Below, one piece after another: positions 41,129-50,634 of a stretch of 64,000 bases of DNA. The position numbers and the translations under genes were made by a program. The notes under the pieces are model-generated. The model was given only the letters and a program-made list of their open reading frames with translations, was not told the DNA's origin and ran no database searches. Source of the DNA: Obrimoposthia wandeli (lineage: Eukaryota); NCBI GenBank assembly GCA_977020255.1, contig CDROCS010001802.1, forward strand, positions 124,001 through 188,000, read 5' to 3'. Numbering within the stretch: the stretch's first letter is position 1; every line of letters begins with the position of its first letter.

Positions 41129-42262
41129 ATGATGACTAATCAAAAAGTAACATATCAATGGGTATCTTCTCAAAATGGTGAAGGCTACGATCAAAAAGAT
41201 AATCGAACTCATAATGCAGAATTATTGGGTTCTACCCCTTTAAGAGACCTCGAATGTCATATGTCTTTGACGAAGGATGGTAAAGGTTTTAATTTAATCA
41301 GAACATTGTTAGGAAACTTTCAGGGTTTTTCTTCATCCGAATCTGCAATCGCTGCTGCAAATAAGGTTCTTCATTTTCCAAAAGCTTCTGACTTTAAGAA
41401 TAAAGTTGTTAAATTTAAAGATTTTAATGCAAGAACATTATATCCATCTTCTACAATTGCTCGTTTTAGTTTAGGTGATAATGTTGAGTTTGAACAAAAA
41501 ACGCCAATTTTCATTGATTCAAAAACAGGTTTGTTTTTTATTGTGATGGACGAACGATTCTTAAGAGATACTACAGCGGCAGAGGTTATCGGTGATGGTA
41601 TTGAAAATGTTATTATTTATAAATCAAAAACGAATCGAAGTTATTTAGCAGTTACAGGTGCATCACTTGATGAACTTAAAAGTAATTTAAAAAAAGACGG
41701 CAAAGCATATAGCATATTAAAAGCGAATTATCGTTTGTTATTTATTTCACTTCTTAATTCAAGAAGAGTTATTGTTTTACGTTATGATACAAAAAATGAA
41801 GATAGTTTAGAGTCTTTGGTAAATAGTCAAGTTCACGTACCGAGTTCAGGAAGTAGAGAGTCTGTAATGAAATTAATGATGCGCCAGAAAATGCAATTAG
41901 AAATATTTCAAGCAGCTCAGAGTGAAAGTTTATTTTATCTAATGAACGAAAATGGAGATATCGATCCCAAAGCAATCGTTTATTATGATGAATTTACGAC
42001 AGATTTAGAAAATCGAAAAAATGAAACATCAACAATGAAAGAATTTCATAGTTATGATGGCGGAATGACTTATTTAGTAATTGATTACACAGAAGAAGAT
42101 TGGGCGTTTATTAAGACACTTCAAGATCGTTTACATCAATTGTGTAAAGATATTGAAACAATGTTCTTATCAACTAAAACAGAACTTGGAGTTTCGGATA
42201 AGTCTTTTTCTGATGTTGATTTAATTGGCTTTAGTGGGGCATTGCTCGAAAATAAATCATAA
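41129..42262 (+). CDS. Hypothetical protein
   Basis: 377-aa ORF with AGGA RBS and a terminator downstream. Confidence 0.75.
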   Translation: MMTNQKVTYQWVSSQNGEGYDQKDNRTHNAELLGSTPLRDLECHMSLTKDGKGFNLIRTLLGNFQGFSSSESAIAAANKVLHFPKASDFKNKVVKFKDFNARTLYPSSTIARFSLGDNVEFEQKTPIFIDSKTGLFFIVMDERFLRDTTAAEVIGDGIENVIIYKSKTNRSYLAVTGASLDELKSNLKKDGKAYSILKANYRLLFISLLNSRRVIVLRYDTKNEDSLESLVNSQVHVPSSGSRESVMKLMMRQKMQLEIFQAAQSESLFYLMNENGDIDPKAIVYYDEFTTDLENRKNETSTMKEFHSYDGGMTYLVIDYTEEDWAFIKTLQDRLHQLCKDIETMFLSTKTELGVSDKSFSDVDLIGFSGALLENKS

Positions 42263-42352
42263 TAATAATTATTTTATAAAAAATTAAAAAGCCGATAAAA
42301 ATCGGCTTTTATTTTTGCAAGATACATTATAATAATATCTAATATCAAAACA

Positions 42353-42898
42353 TTATTTACAACCTTTCGTTAGCCTTTTTACAAGAGCTGCAATTTTTAG
42401 TGTTAGTTCTTCTTTTCTTTCTATTATTCGTGGTATTCTTCCAATATGTTCTAAATAAGCCCAAGCCTTTTCTAATTCAGTAAACTTTAATTCTCTTTTT
42501 TTACGATAATATCTTTCAACTTTTTTGTTAGCTTTTGAATTATTATAAATAAAATTACTCTTAACAGTTGAAAATCTGACTATTTCATCTATATTTTCAA
42601 AATATTCTAACAGGCTTTGGGGAATGTCTTCACTTGTAATAATCTCAATACAATTTGAGTTATGTATGGAAACAATTTCAATTTCTTTTTGATATTCTTT
42701 ATTTAAATTAGAATATTTTTCTTCAAAAGAAAAATTATGACAAAATGTATCTTTTATGAATAAAATAGTTTTAATATTATCAACAGACCATCGCTCATCT
42801 CTTTCATAGGATTCAACAAGGTTATTCGCTTTGAAAGGTTTTTTAGGATCTATTAATAGCTTCCCTGTCGCTTTATTTCTAAATGCATAATTAATCAT
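42353..42898 (-). CDS. Hypothetical protein
   Basis: 181-aa ORF. Confidence 0.65.
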   Translation of the reverse strand: MINYAFRNKATGKLLIDPKKPFKANNLVESYERDERWSVDNIKTILFIKDTFCHNFSFEEKYSNLNKEYQKEIEIVSIHNSNCIEIITSEDIPQSLLEYFENIDEIVRFSTVKSNFIYNNSKANKKVERYYRKKRELKFTELEKAWAYLEHIGRIPRIIERKEELTLKIAALVKRLTKGCK

Positions 42899-43084
42899 TC
42901 AAAGAATCCTTTTATTTTGGACATCTATAACAAAAGAAGTAAAAAACAATGTTTTTATTTCAATTAATTCATATGAAAAGAATGATTTATATCAACTTAT
43001 TATGATACATTTAGAATGTTGTTATTAATTTAAAATAAAAAAGAGAGTCAATTGACTCTCTTTTTTTGTATTTAAATAATGAAG

Positions 43085-43405
43085 TTAACTAACTTCTACT
43101 TTCCTTTTATCAGGGTCAATAAGAACATAAATTTTTTGCCCTTCGAATACGTATTCGCTAACTGGCGTAATAGCGTTCACTACAACATCTAGATCATCAA
43201 CAATAAATCCTAATCTTGTATTGTCTGTGGTATTGTTTTCGAGCGCTGGATATAACTCCATAACCACTTCATCAAGTGTTGTACTATAATGTTCAACACC
43301 TTTTCCGTGTTTCTCTTTTTTAAAATAAAAACCTAGTTTTTCATAAAAAGATTTTGTTTCTTCAATATCCAAACATCTCAAGACAATTAATTTTATTTTC
43401 ATCAT
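43085..43405 (-). CDS. VOC/glyoxalase superfamily protein
   Basis: LIVLRCLDIEETKSFYEKLG...VMELYP...LGFIVDDLD...DPDKRKVE. Confidence 0.85.
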   Translation of the reverse strand: MMKIKLIVLRCLDIEETKSFYEKLGFYFKKEKHGKGVEHYSTTLDEVVMELYPALENNTTDNTRLGFIVDDLDVVVNAITPVSEYVFEGQKIYVLIDPDKRKVEVS

Positions 43406-43770
43406 GAAGTCTTTTTTGCTTTCATAATTTTATGTTCATCGTGTAAAAGTTCAATTTCGCATCCGAAAAAAACATTTGAAGTTAATTTGATAGTAACCCC
43501 CGCTTCCTTGTGTGTTAAAATAACCCAATTAAGTAAAGGTTTACCATCTTCACCCTTTTCTTGTTCTTCAAACGTTTCACCTTTGAAATTACCAAATTGA
43601 TCACTCAAATCGAACCCTTCTTGCATAAAACTAGAAAGATGTAATTGAAATCGCAGACATTCAGGATCGTTAATTAACCAATTCATATCTTGTATCAGAT
43701 TTTTTGATAAGGTTTCAGCACTCATTTTAGATTCCCTGTTTAAGTTAGTATTATAATAATTATAACACAA
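43402..43770 (-). CDS. Hypothetical protein
   Basis: Probable start at the internal MSAETL; the stop overlaps the glyoxalase start. Confidence 0.6.
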   Translation of the reverse strand: MCYNYYNTNLNRESKMSAETLSKNLIQDMNWLINDPECLRFQLHLSSFMQEGFDLSDQFGNFKGETFEEQEKGEDGKPLLNWVILTHKEAGVTIKLTSNVFFGCEIELLHDEHKIMKAKKTS

Positions 43771-43853
43771 TATATAATTAAAAGGAAGTCGTTTTTGACG
43801 AGATATTACATTGATTTAATACTTGTTATGCGTTATAATATAGAAATATTACC

Positions 43854-45155
43854 GTGGGGAAAATTATGTTTTCGAGAAAAAAGACAACGCATCTTGTGAT
43901 TGAAAATTTTGATAATAAAATGACAATTTTTAATGAAGAGATAAAATCTATTTTTATTGATCAAGAGAAGGACAATAAAGAAGATGTCTATGACAACGGT
44001 ATTAACTTAAAATTAAAGAAATATTTTAAAACATCGAGAAAGGGGGATAAATTAGTATTATCTTTTTTAAAAAAGAAGTTTACAGATGATTTTAGAAACA
44101 AAGAAATGGTTGATGTCATATTCAACTTATATGGTTATGAAAAAATAACTTTTATAGATTCAGAGATAAAAATAAAAGATACTTGTACGTCTAAAAACAG
44201 AACTAATATTTGTTTAAAGAATACAACGATGTCAATATCTTCATTAAGAAGAAAAGCGCTATCTGTCTCATTAGAGAAATCCAATATAAGATTTCTTAGT
44301 GATACCGCACTAAATTTTTTACATTTAACATCTTCATTTTCTAAAGTAAAAACCTACGGAAAATTTTTAGTAGAAGCTCTATCGCTAAATGAAGTTAATA
44401 ATAGCAATATAGCAATTAATGAAGGTTATATTAATCACCTATATGGAACAATGGAAGATTCTGTTTTTGGAACTTTAAATACAAGCTCTTTGGGTATGGT
44501 ATCGGTTTCTATTAAGGGTAAAAGTGAAGTATCAATGAATGTTTTAAACAACATAAGATATTCATTAGAATCAGATTCTTATTTAGAAATAAAGGGAAAT
44601 GTACCAGTTCATAATGAAGGTGATGAAAAAAATGAAATCAATGTAGAAAGAAAATGGGAAGATACTTCTTTATTTGATAAAAAATTACTATCATCAGTAG
44701 CATTTTCGCAAGAGTTACGTTCTTGTATTAAAGATTCTTTTTTTTATAGCGAAATTTCATACCCTTCCAATTTAGATATCATTGTTGAAGATAATATTAC
44801 AAATAAAATAAATGAAAATATATTGTCTGAAAATGAGGCTAAAGCGAACGTAGACTCAATCTTAGCGATTGTTACTAACGAATTGAATAAGAGCAAGGCT
44901 AATCAAGATAAGCTTATCTATGAAGTTCGAGAGCCTACCATAGATGAAAGAGAAGATGTAAAAAATATAAAGTATATCTTGTCAAATAAAAACCCTGCTC
45001 ATTATATAACAAATAACAATAAAGAAGAATTGATAAATGTATTAAAAATATTAATTGTCGAGAAAATAAAACTAAATGAATTACAACAATTAAACCTCGA
45101 TAAATTATGCTTCCTATTTGATATAAAAAAACGAAAAAACGAAGTCGAATATTAG
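43854..45155 (+). CDS. Paralog family A member 4 (most divergent)
   Basis: MFSRKKTTHLVI start; C-terminus ILSNKNPAHYITNNNK...NLDKLCFLFDIK. Confidence 0.7.
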   Translation: MGKIMFSRKKTTHLVIENFDNKMTIFNEEIKSIFIDQEKDNKEDVYDNGINLKLKKYFKTSRKGDKLVLSFLKKKFTDDFRNKEMVDVIFNLYGYEKITFIDSEIKIKDTCTSKNRTNICLKNTTMSISSLRRKALSVSLEKSNIRFLSDTALNFLHLTSSFSKVKTYGKFLVEALSLNEVNNSNIAINEGYINHLYGTMEDSVFGTLNTSSLGMVSVSIKGKSEVSMNVLNNIRYSLESDSYLEIKGNVPVHNEGDEKNEINVERKWEDTSLFDKKLLSSVAFSQELRSCIKDSFFYSEISYPSNLDIIVEDNITNKINENILSENEAKANVDSILAIVTNELNKSKANQDKLIYEVREPTIDEREDVKNIKYILSNKNPAHYITNNNKEELINVLKILIVEKIKLNELQQLNLDKLCFLFDIKKRKNEVEY

Positions 45156-45186
45156 TAAATAAATACTGTAAAATAGCGATAAACAG

Positions 45187-45215
45187 TTGCTTTAGTTGCG
45201 TTTTTTTGTTATAAT
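45187..45215 (+). promoter_or_regulatory. sigma70-like promoter TTGCTT-N17-TATAAT for sRNA candidate 1
   Basis: Exact 17-nt spacer; predicted TSS coincides with the start of the closing stem. Confidence 0.7.
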
Positions 45216-45220
45216 ATCTT

Positions 45221-45302
45221 TGTTAGCTCGCTAGGTGAAACGTGTTTTTTTTACTAATGATGAATAGTCTTTAAGACTTCGTAGTAACTTAACGAGCTAA
45301 TG
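45221..45302 (+). ncRNA. Candidate small structured RNA, copy 1
   Basis: Closing stem ttagctcg/cgagctaa; conserved GGTGAAACGTGTTTTTT and TAGTAACTT; internal hairpin ttacta...agtct-tta-agact...tagtaa. Confidence 0.65.
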
Positions 45303-45407
45303 TTTTCCTATCAATATCTCCAAATAAAGGGATTTAATCAAAATCCCATCTATGAAAAAATCCAAAAAAAATATATCAAATAAAGCATTCTTTTATGCAA
45401 AAAAAGA

Positions 45408-45436
45408 TTGTATTAAAACTCAAAACATGTTATAAT
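45408..45436 (+). promoter_or_regulatory. sigma70-like promoter TTGTAT-N17-TATAAT for sRNA candidate 2
   Basis: Exact 17-nt spacer; TSS predicted at the stem start. Confidence 0.7.
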
Positions 45437-45441
45437 TACAA

Positions 45442-45531
45442 TGTTGGTCGTTGGGTGAAACGTGTTTTTTGAATAGTTCTTGAATTATTATAGAGCTGAA
45501 AAACTATAGCCTAGTAACTTAACGACCAACA
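45442..45531 (+). ncRNA. Candidate small structured RNA, copy 2
   Basis: Perfect 11-bp closing stem tgttggtcgtt/aacgaccaaca; the same two conserved blocks; a different internal hairpin. Confidence 0.65.
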
Positions 45532-45554
45532 ATCCAATAAAAATAGATGCTATA

Positions 45555-45666
45555 TGTATACAAAACGAAAGAAAGTATACATATAATATTTACGTGTATA
45601 CAAAACGAAAGAAAGTATACATATAATATTTACGTGTATACAAAACGAAAGAAAGTATACATATAA
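45555..45666. repeat. 40-bp perfect tandem repeat x2.8 with an internal palindrome
   Basis: Unit tgtatacaaaacgaaagaaagtatacatataatatttacg starting at 45555, 45595 and 45635. Confidence 0.95.
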
Positions 45667-45764
45667 CAATTCCAACAAAAAAGAAACATTTTCAGAGAAA
45701 TATCCAATATCCAATATTAAAAACAAAAAAAAGATAACTTATTCGTTATCTTATTTATTTTTGA

Positions 45765-46067
45765 TCATGAGAACATATTAATAAGCCATAAGGGTGATCC
45801 GTAAATAAGGGAATAAAAGCCAACAATTCCAGTGACAGGATAAAATATAGGTATAAGTCCGATAAAGATCATCAATCCACTATCAAATTCAGTGAAACTC
45901 ATATAAATAAAGTTAAAACTACCTACAACCCCAGCAAAATATAAAGCAAATTCAAATATTAAAAACAAAATAAAAAAACCATTCCATCTAGACATAACAA
46001 TAACAATCCTTAATTGATAATAAAATACTTCGAAACAATCTAAATTGTTTATACAGAAATAATACAT
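45765..46067 (-). CDS. Small membrane protein
   Basis: Hydrophobic; probable start at the internal MSRWNG. Confidence 0.6.
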   Translation of the reverse strand: MYYFCINNLDCFEVFYYQLRIVIVMSRWNGFFILFLIFEFALYFAGVVGSFNFIYMSFTEFDSGLMIFIGLIPIFYPVTGIVGFYSLIYGSPLWLINMFS

Positions 46068-46159
46068 TATGATTTAATATAATCAAGGACAAATAACTTG
46101 TTTATTTTCATTTTTTTTGATAAAATAAACAAACCTATAACGAAAGAGAGAAATAAAAA

Positions 46160-46369
46160 ATGAAATATCATACATTAGTGGTTCATTACGATGAAGAAAA
46201 TTCCACAAAAGAGATTTTAAAAAGTTCTAAAAGTAAAAAAGCTTGTGAGGATAAAGCAAAAGAGTTAAATAAGGTCTACGCACCAGGTGGAAACTCTCCT
46301 GAAGGTGATGTGTACTCAATTGCAACTGTTATTGATGATGACTTAAAAGCAAATATGTCATTTAATTAA
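46160..46369 (+). CDS. Hypothetical protein
   Basis: 69 aa with a GAGAG RBS, followed by a terminator. Confidence 0.7.
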   Translation: MKYHTLVVHYDEENSTKEILKSSKSKKACEDKAKELNKVYAPGGNSPEGDVYSIATVIDDDLKANMSFN

Positions 46370-46410
46370 CGAAATAAAAAAAGCCCATTTCATAATGGGA
46401 TTTTTTGTAA

Positions 46411-47400
46411 TTAGATTTTGGAAAGACAATTAATAGCTTTAGGGATATCATTTTTAGATAGCGCCCCTAGATGAAGTCTTAGATATGACTTAGATTTGTC
46501 ATTCATATATTGGTTCTTGTTGTTATCTAATAAAACCCCATTATTTTTTGCTTTTTCTATAAAGTCTTCTAAGTCAACATCAGGGCTTAATGGAAACTTA
46601 ATAAAAGAGCCTCCATCATTAATTGGTATAAAGAAGCCAAAGTCTGTTCCAATAGCCTTTTGAGCAATTTTATAACGTTCTTTTAACTCTCTACTCCATT
46701 GATTAACAATGTTCTTATTTTTCAGTATATCTCTTATAATTGATTGAGGTATTGGTGATGAGGATAAATTCATTGTAATTTTATTAGAACGTATCCTTGA
46801 AAATAGTTCCCCATCAGTCATTATGAATCCCATTCTAAGACTCGGAGATAATAATTTTGAAAAGCTATTAATACGAATGGTTTTTTTAGCATCAATGGCG
46901 GTGATTTCGTCATCATTATAAGATAAGAACTCATAAGCGTTATCTTCAATAACAACAGCAAGGTGTTCATCAGCACACTCTTTAATAATCCACTTATCTT
47001 TTTCGCTAAAGGATTTTCCAGTAGGCGGTGTAAAGTTAGAAGTTAATAAGATAGCATCATACTCTTTTAATTTAATGAGATCTTCAACTGTTTCCCATTC
47101 AAGAATTTCAATTCCTAACGATTTAGCTTGTCTTATAATACCAAAGTAACTTGGTACATTGAGAGCAAGCTTCCCCCCAGCGAATTGAGATAAAGCTAAA
47201 TAAGTAGCTTCTGTTGCTGAATTAGTAATAAGCACCTCTCCATTCCAGTGAGGATGATAATTTTTGATTTGTTCTCTAAGTTCTTTATCGCCACTTGGAT
47301 CAGGATATTCAAAAGAAGTTTCTATATTTTTAATTGCCTCTTCGAACGCCCTCTGCATCTCTGGTAATGGTTCAATTTTAGATGATTGGAATGATAACAT
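46411..47400 (-). CDS. PLP-dependent aminotransferase class I/II (MocR/ARO8-like catalytic domain, no HTH)
   Basis: YPDPSGDKELR, NFTPPTG, IEDNAY, SFSKLLSPSLRMG (PLP Lys). The start codon abuts the upstream stop. Confidence 0.9.
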   Translation of the reverse strand: MLSFQSSKIEPLPEMQRAFEEAIKNIETSFEYPDPSGDKELREQIKNYHPHWNGEVLITNSATEATYLALSQFAGGKLALNVPSYFGIIRQAKSLGIEILEWETVEDLIKLKEYDAILLTSNFTPPTGKSFSEKDKWIIKECADEHLAVVIEDNAYEFLSYNDDEITAIDAKKTIRINSFSKLLSPSLRMGFIMTDGELFSRIRSNKITMNLSSSPIPQSIIRDILKNKNIVNQWSRELKERYKIAQKAIGTDFGFFIPINDGGSFIKFPLSPDVDLEDFIEKAKNNGVLLDNNKNQYMNDKSKSYLRLHLGALSKNDIPKAINCLSKI

Positions 47401-49317
47401 TTATTTTTTCCTCGCAACAAAGCACTGACTTTTATTAAGTGTTTTTATCTCTACTTCAAATCCAGCTTTTTCAAAAATAGGTTTAACTTTATCTAAATCA
47501 TACTGATTAAAAACATTGATATCATATAAAGGAATATACTCACCAGTATTAGAATTAAGATATTCTGTTCTTTGTGAGTGAATGATTTTTTCATTAGTAA
47601 TAATATTTGTTTCTTTTGTTTTTAAAAGAACTCCATCATTTTCAAACTCATCGTAGCGAGTGTTAATATTTTCAGATAAAGGTTTAAAAGTATTAAAAAC
47701 TAAGTAGCCGTTATTATTTAATTTTGAATAAATACCAGTAGCAAATTGTTCTACCTTATTTCTATCTAAATAGGGGAATGCTTGTCTAATTGTTATTAAG
47801 TCATATTTATGAACTAATGAACTTAAATTCTCAAATGTAGCAACAGTTCCTTTTGTGTTAATACGATCTTCTGCAATTTTGAGCATATCTTTCGAAGCGT
47901 CTGCAATATTAACGTCTGTAAAGCCCAATTTTAAAAGCTCTAAGGCTGATTTACCTGTTCCGCAAGCAAGGTCTAATACCTTTATATCTTTATTTAACTG
48001 TAGTTCTTCCACAGAACGTTCTAAGCTTCCTTTTTCGAAACGGTAATATGCTGCATCGTAGTATTTTGAATAGGGTGAATTATAAAGCCCATTATTTTTA
48101 AGTACATCAAGTAAGTCTTCATATTTTTCAAGCAATATTAAACAACCGTGTCCTATTTGATTGATCACACGACTTCCATTTTCGACTAAAGATTTGATAA
48201 CAGCATAATCATTGTAAGTACCAGGTGCGGATTGTTCTTCTACGTAATCACCATTTGGCAAATATACGTGGGCGTGAACAATGAAATTAATTTCTTTTCG
48301 TTCTTTTAATATGTACCAAAGTGTCGGTGCATTAAGAGTCGCTTTGACTTTGTTAGATGAAAGTTCGATAATATTGTTATTTATATCATTAACGAATACG
48401 ATATTTTGATTACTTATATACTCTTTTGTTGTTCCTCTTCCTGTTGTTAGCATACCTTGGTCTGTTCTTGAAGCAACAGACCCAAAATCAGCTCCTTCAC
48501 GACCTTCACCATAAGGGGAGAAAAGAGAATATCTTGAACAATCGCTGATTAATTCAAAAAATGAGTTAGCATCAAAATTACTTGGTAATCTTTTTGTAAT
48601 TTTCGTATTATAAAAATCATGATTAATTCTTTGATCAATTGTTTTAACTAAAACAGAAGCTAGATCATCTCTATTCAAAACAGGAATGATATTTTTTTCA
48701 GGTGTAATAATAACAGTATGAATTGGTTTAAAGTTTTCATCAACAAGATTTGCAACAACTAACGCCATTCTTAAATCTAAAAGACTTTTATAGGCAACCT
48801 CAATAAGTTCAGCTAAAGTCGAGCTTTCACTTGATAATAATTTAAATCCTACAATCGGCATCATCGGGTATTTATTTTTTACTTCTCGAATTACTTTAGG
48901 TAATTTAATTAAATCAAGTTTCATATTATCATCACTTGATGATATTTTACCATTCTCTTTGATAGGAGCATAATCAGAAACAGCGGCAGTTGCTATAAAG
49001 ACAGTTCTTTCATCTGTGTTAGGTATTGTTAGGCAATTATGTAAATAATCATCGAATGTAGGTGTTTTATGATAGGTGTAATTATGATAAACATCTTTCC
49101 CTTCATTAACCCGTATAAGATCAGAAATGTTATTTGGTCTGATTTTCATTTCAAAAGGTTGTTTTGCATTCTCATTTGCAATATAATCAACTTTAAATCC
49201 TTTTAAAAGGGCTTCTTCTCCTATTTTTGCGCCTGTTGTTCCTTTTGAAACATTAGTGATTCCACGTACTCTATCCCAACGGGCAAAAGTAGATCCACTA
49301 GTAATAATAAATCGCAT
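47401..49317 (-). CDS. Three-domain fusion: CoaB-like (phosphopantothenate-cysteine ligase fold), class II aldolase/adducin-like, class I SAM methyltransferase
   Basis: CoaB: ITSGST..DRVRGITNVSKGTTG, TAAVSDY, VGFKL, VVANL. Aldolase: GSVASR, IVHAH, IGHG. MTase: VLDLACGTG. Confidence 0.8.
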   Translation of the reverse strand: MRFIITSGSTFARWDRVRGITNVSKGTTGAKIGEEALLKGFKVDYIANENAKQPFEMKIRPNNISDLIRVNEGKDVYHNYTYHKTPTFDDYLHNCLTIPNTDERTVFIATAAVSDYAPIKENGKISSSDDNMKLDLIKLPKVIREVKNKYPMMPIVGFKLLSSESSTLAELIEVAYKSLLDLRMALVVANLVDENFKPIHTVIITPEKNIIPVLNRDDLASVLVKTIDQRINHDFYNTKITKRLPSNFDANSFFELISDCSRYSLFSPYGEGREGADFGSVASRTDQGMLTTGRGTTKEYISNQNIVFVNDINNNIIELSSNKVKATLNAPTLWYILKERKEINFIVHAHVYLPNGDYVEEQSAPGTYNDYAVIKSLVENGSRVINQIGHGCLILLEKYEDLLDVLKNNGLYNSPYSKYYDAAYYRFEKGSLERSVEELQLNKDIKVLDLACGTGKSALELLKLGFTDVNIADASKDMLKIAEDRINTKGTVATFENLSSLVHKYDLITIRQAFPYLDRNKVEQFATGIYSKLNNNGYLVFNTFKPLSENINTRYDEFENDGVLLKTKETNIITNEKIIHSQRTEYLNSNTGEYIPLYDINVFNQYDLDKVKPIFEKAGFEVEIKTLNKSQCFVARKK

Positions 49318-49387
49318 AAAAAAAATCCTTATAATTTTTAAAAATAATAAGGATATTATACTTTATATTCTTTTTTATTTCAATCTT

Positions 49388-50560
49388 TTAATATTGCTGG
49401 TTTGTATTCCAAACAAAGATTGAATTTCTTTTTTCTTTAGCTTTATATAGTGCTTGATCTGCACAATTAAAAATAGTATTTGTATTATCGTTATCTTTTT
49501 CAAAAAATGCAATACCGATTGAAATAGTTAATGGAATAGTTATCAGCCCATCTTTAGATTGAAATGCTTTTTTTTCAATTGTATTTTTTATTTTTTTAGA
49601 AAGAAAAACAACGTCATCTTTCTTCATATTTTTTGATAAAATAATAAACTCTTCACCACCATATCGAGAACAATGTGTTTTTACATAAGCTTTTTCAACA
49701 CGCTTAAAAATAGCGCCAATATAACGAAGCACTTCATCACCGACTAAATGACCATACATATCATTAATTTTTTTAAAATAATCAATATCAAGAACCATTA
49801 AAGCAAATTCAACGTTAGTTTTGTTTTTATGTTTAGACCAAAAACAATCTATTTTTTCACATTCAATATCATAACCTTTACGATTACTAATATCAGTAAG
49901 TTTATCTATTAAAGATTCTTCAATGGCTTTGTTGAGCTGTTCTTTCATCTCAACTATTTCTTTTTCCATTGATGACATTTGTTTATTTTGTTTTTTAATA
50001 TTTAGTTCTTGCTTACTTATTAATTTAGTCTGTTCTTTTGTGAAGCTGGAAAGTTTTTTCTTCATATTGGCGGCATTATTTAAAAGGTCGCCTCTTAAAA
50101 CATTTATGTCGTCTGTTTCATTTTTGCTGATGTTATTTAATGAACTAACAAAATCATTATCAAACATATCAACATTATCTTTCTGATTATTATTTATTTC
50201 AAGACTTTGTGATATAAAAAACTCTACAGCTTTAATATTACTTGATATTTTAAGTAGAAAATCTTTAGTTTCTTTGTTAGTGTTTATTTGTATTTTTTTA
50301 AGGACGCTAGAAATTAGAGAAAATAAGTTAATAAGTTCTATCGTATTCGTATTCTTAAAATCTATCGCCATTATTTCATTTTTAATTTTTGATAATTTTT
50401 GATTTTCTGGGTTTTGGTTAATAAGTATATCAACTAATTCATTCAATTCATTGATTGTCTTTTTTGTAGAAACTTTAATATCGAAATTTTCTATAGTTAC
50501 AATGTTGCCATCTCCTAATTGAGAATCAATGTTTCCAATGTTATGATTTACTTTTATCAT
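49388..50560 (-). CDS. Diguanylate cyclase (coiled-coil plus GGDEF)
   Basis: DKLTDISNR, LDIDYFKKINDMYGHLVGD, RYGGEEF, ADQALYKAK. Confidence 0.92.
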   Translation of the reverse strand: MIKVNHNIGNIDSQLGDGNIVTIENFDIKVSTKKTINELNELVDILINQNPENQKLSKIKNEIMAIDFKNTNTIELINLFSLISSVLKKIQINTNKETKDFLLKISSNIKAVEFFISQSLEINNNQKDNVDMFDNDFVSSLNNISKNETDDINVLRGDLLNNAANMKKKLSSFTKEQTKLISKQELNIKKQNKQMSSMEKEIVEMKEQLNKAIEESLIDKLTDISNRKGYDIECEKIDCFWSKHKNKTNVEFALMVLDIDYFKKINDMYGHLVGDEVLRYIGAIFKRVEKAYVKTHCSRYGGEEFIILSKNMKKDDVVFLSKKIKNTIEKKAFQSKDGLITIPLTISIGIAFFEKDNDNTNTIFNCADQALYKAKEKRNSIFVWNTNQQY

Positions 50561-50634
50561 TTTATTTAAACCCTTTAATTTAATATATAATTATATATGA
50601 AAACAGAACAAAAATCAAGATATTTTTTTAAGAC

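Noticed and set aside
43570-43582. Complement of the sRNA motif GGTGAAACGT as a possible target
   Set aside because: It is a short match inside a coding region (KGETF). That mRNA carries the same sense as the sRNA, so there is no antisense pairing.
45221-45531. C/D-box snoRNA, hammerhead or attC interpretation of the twin elements
   Set aside because: ATGATGA occurs only in copy 1 and CTGA only in copy 2, there is no CTGAnGA core, and the arm orientation (GTT...AAC) is opposite to attC RYYYAAC...GTTRRRY.
45555-45666. CRISPR mini-array
   Set aside because: The units are fully identical tandem copies with no unique spacers, and there are no cas genes in the window.
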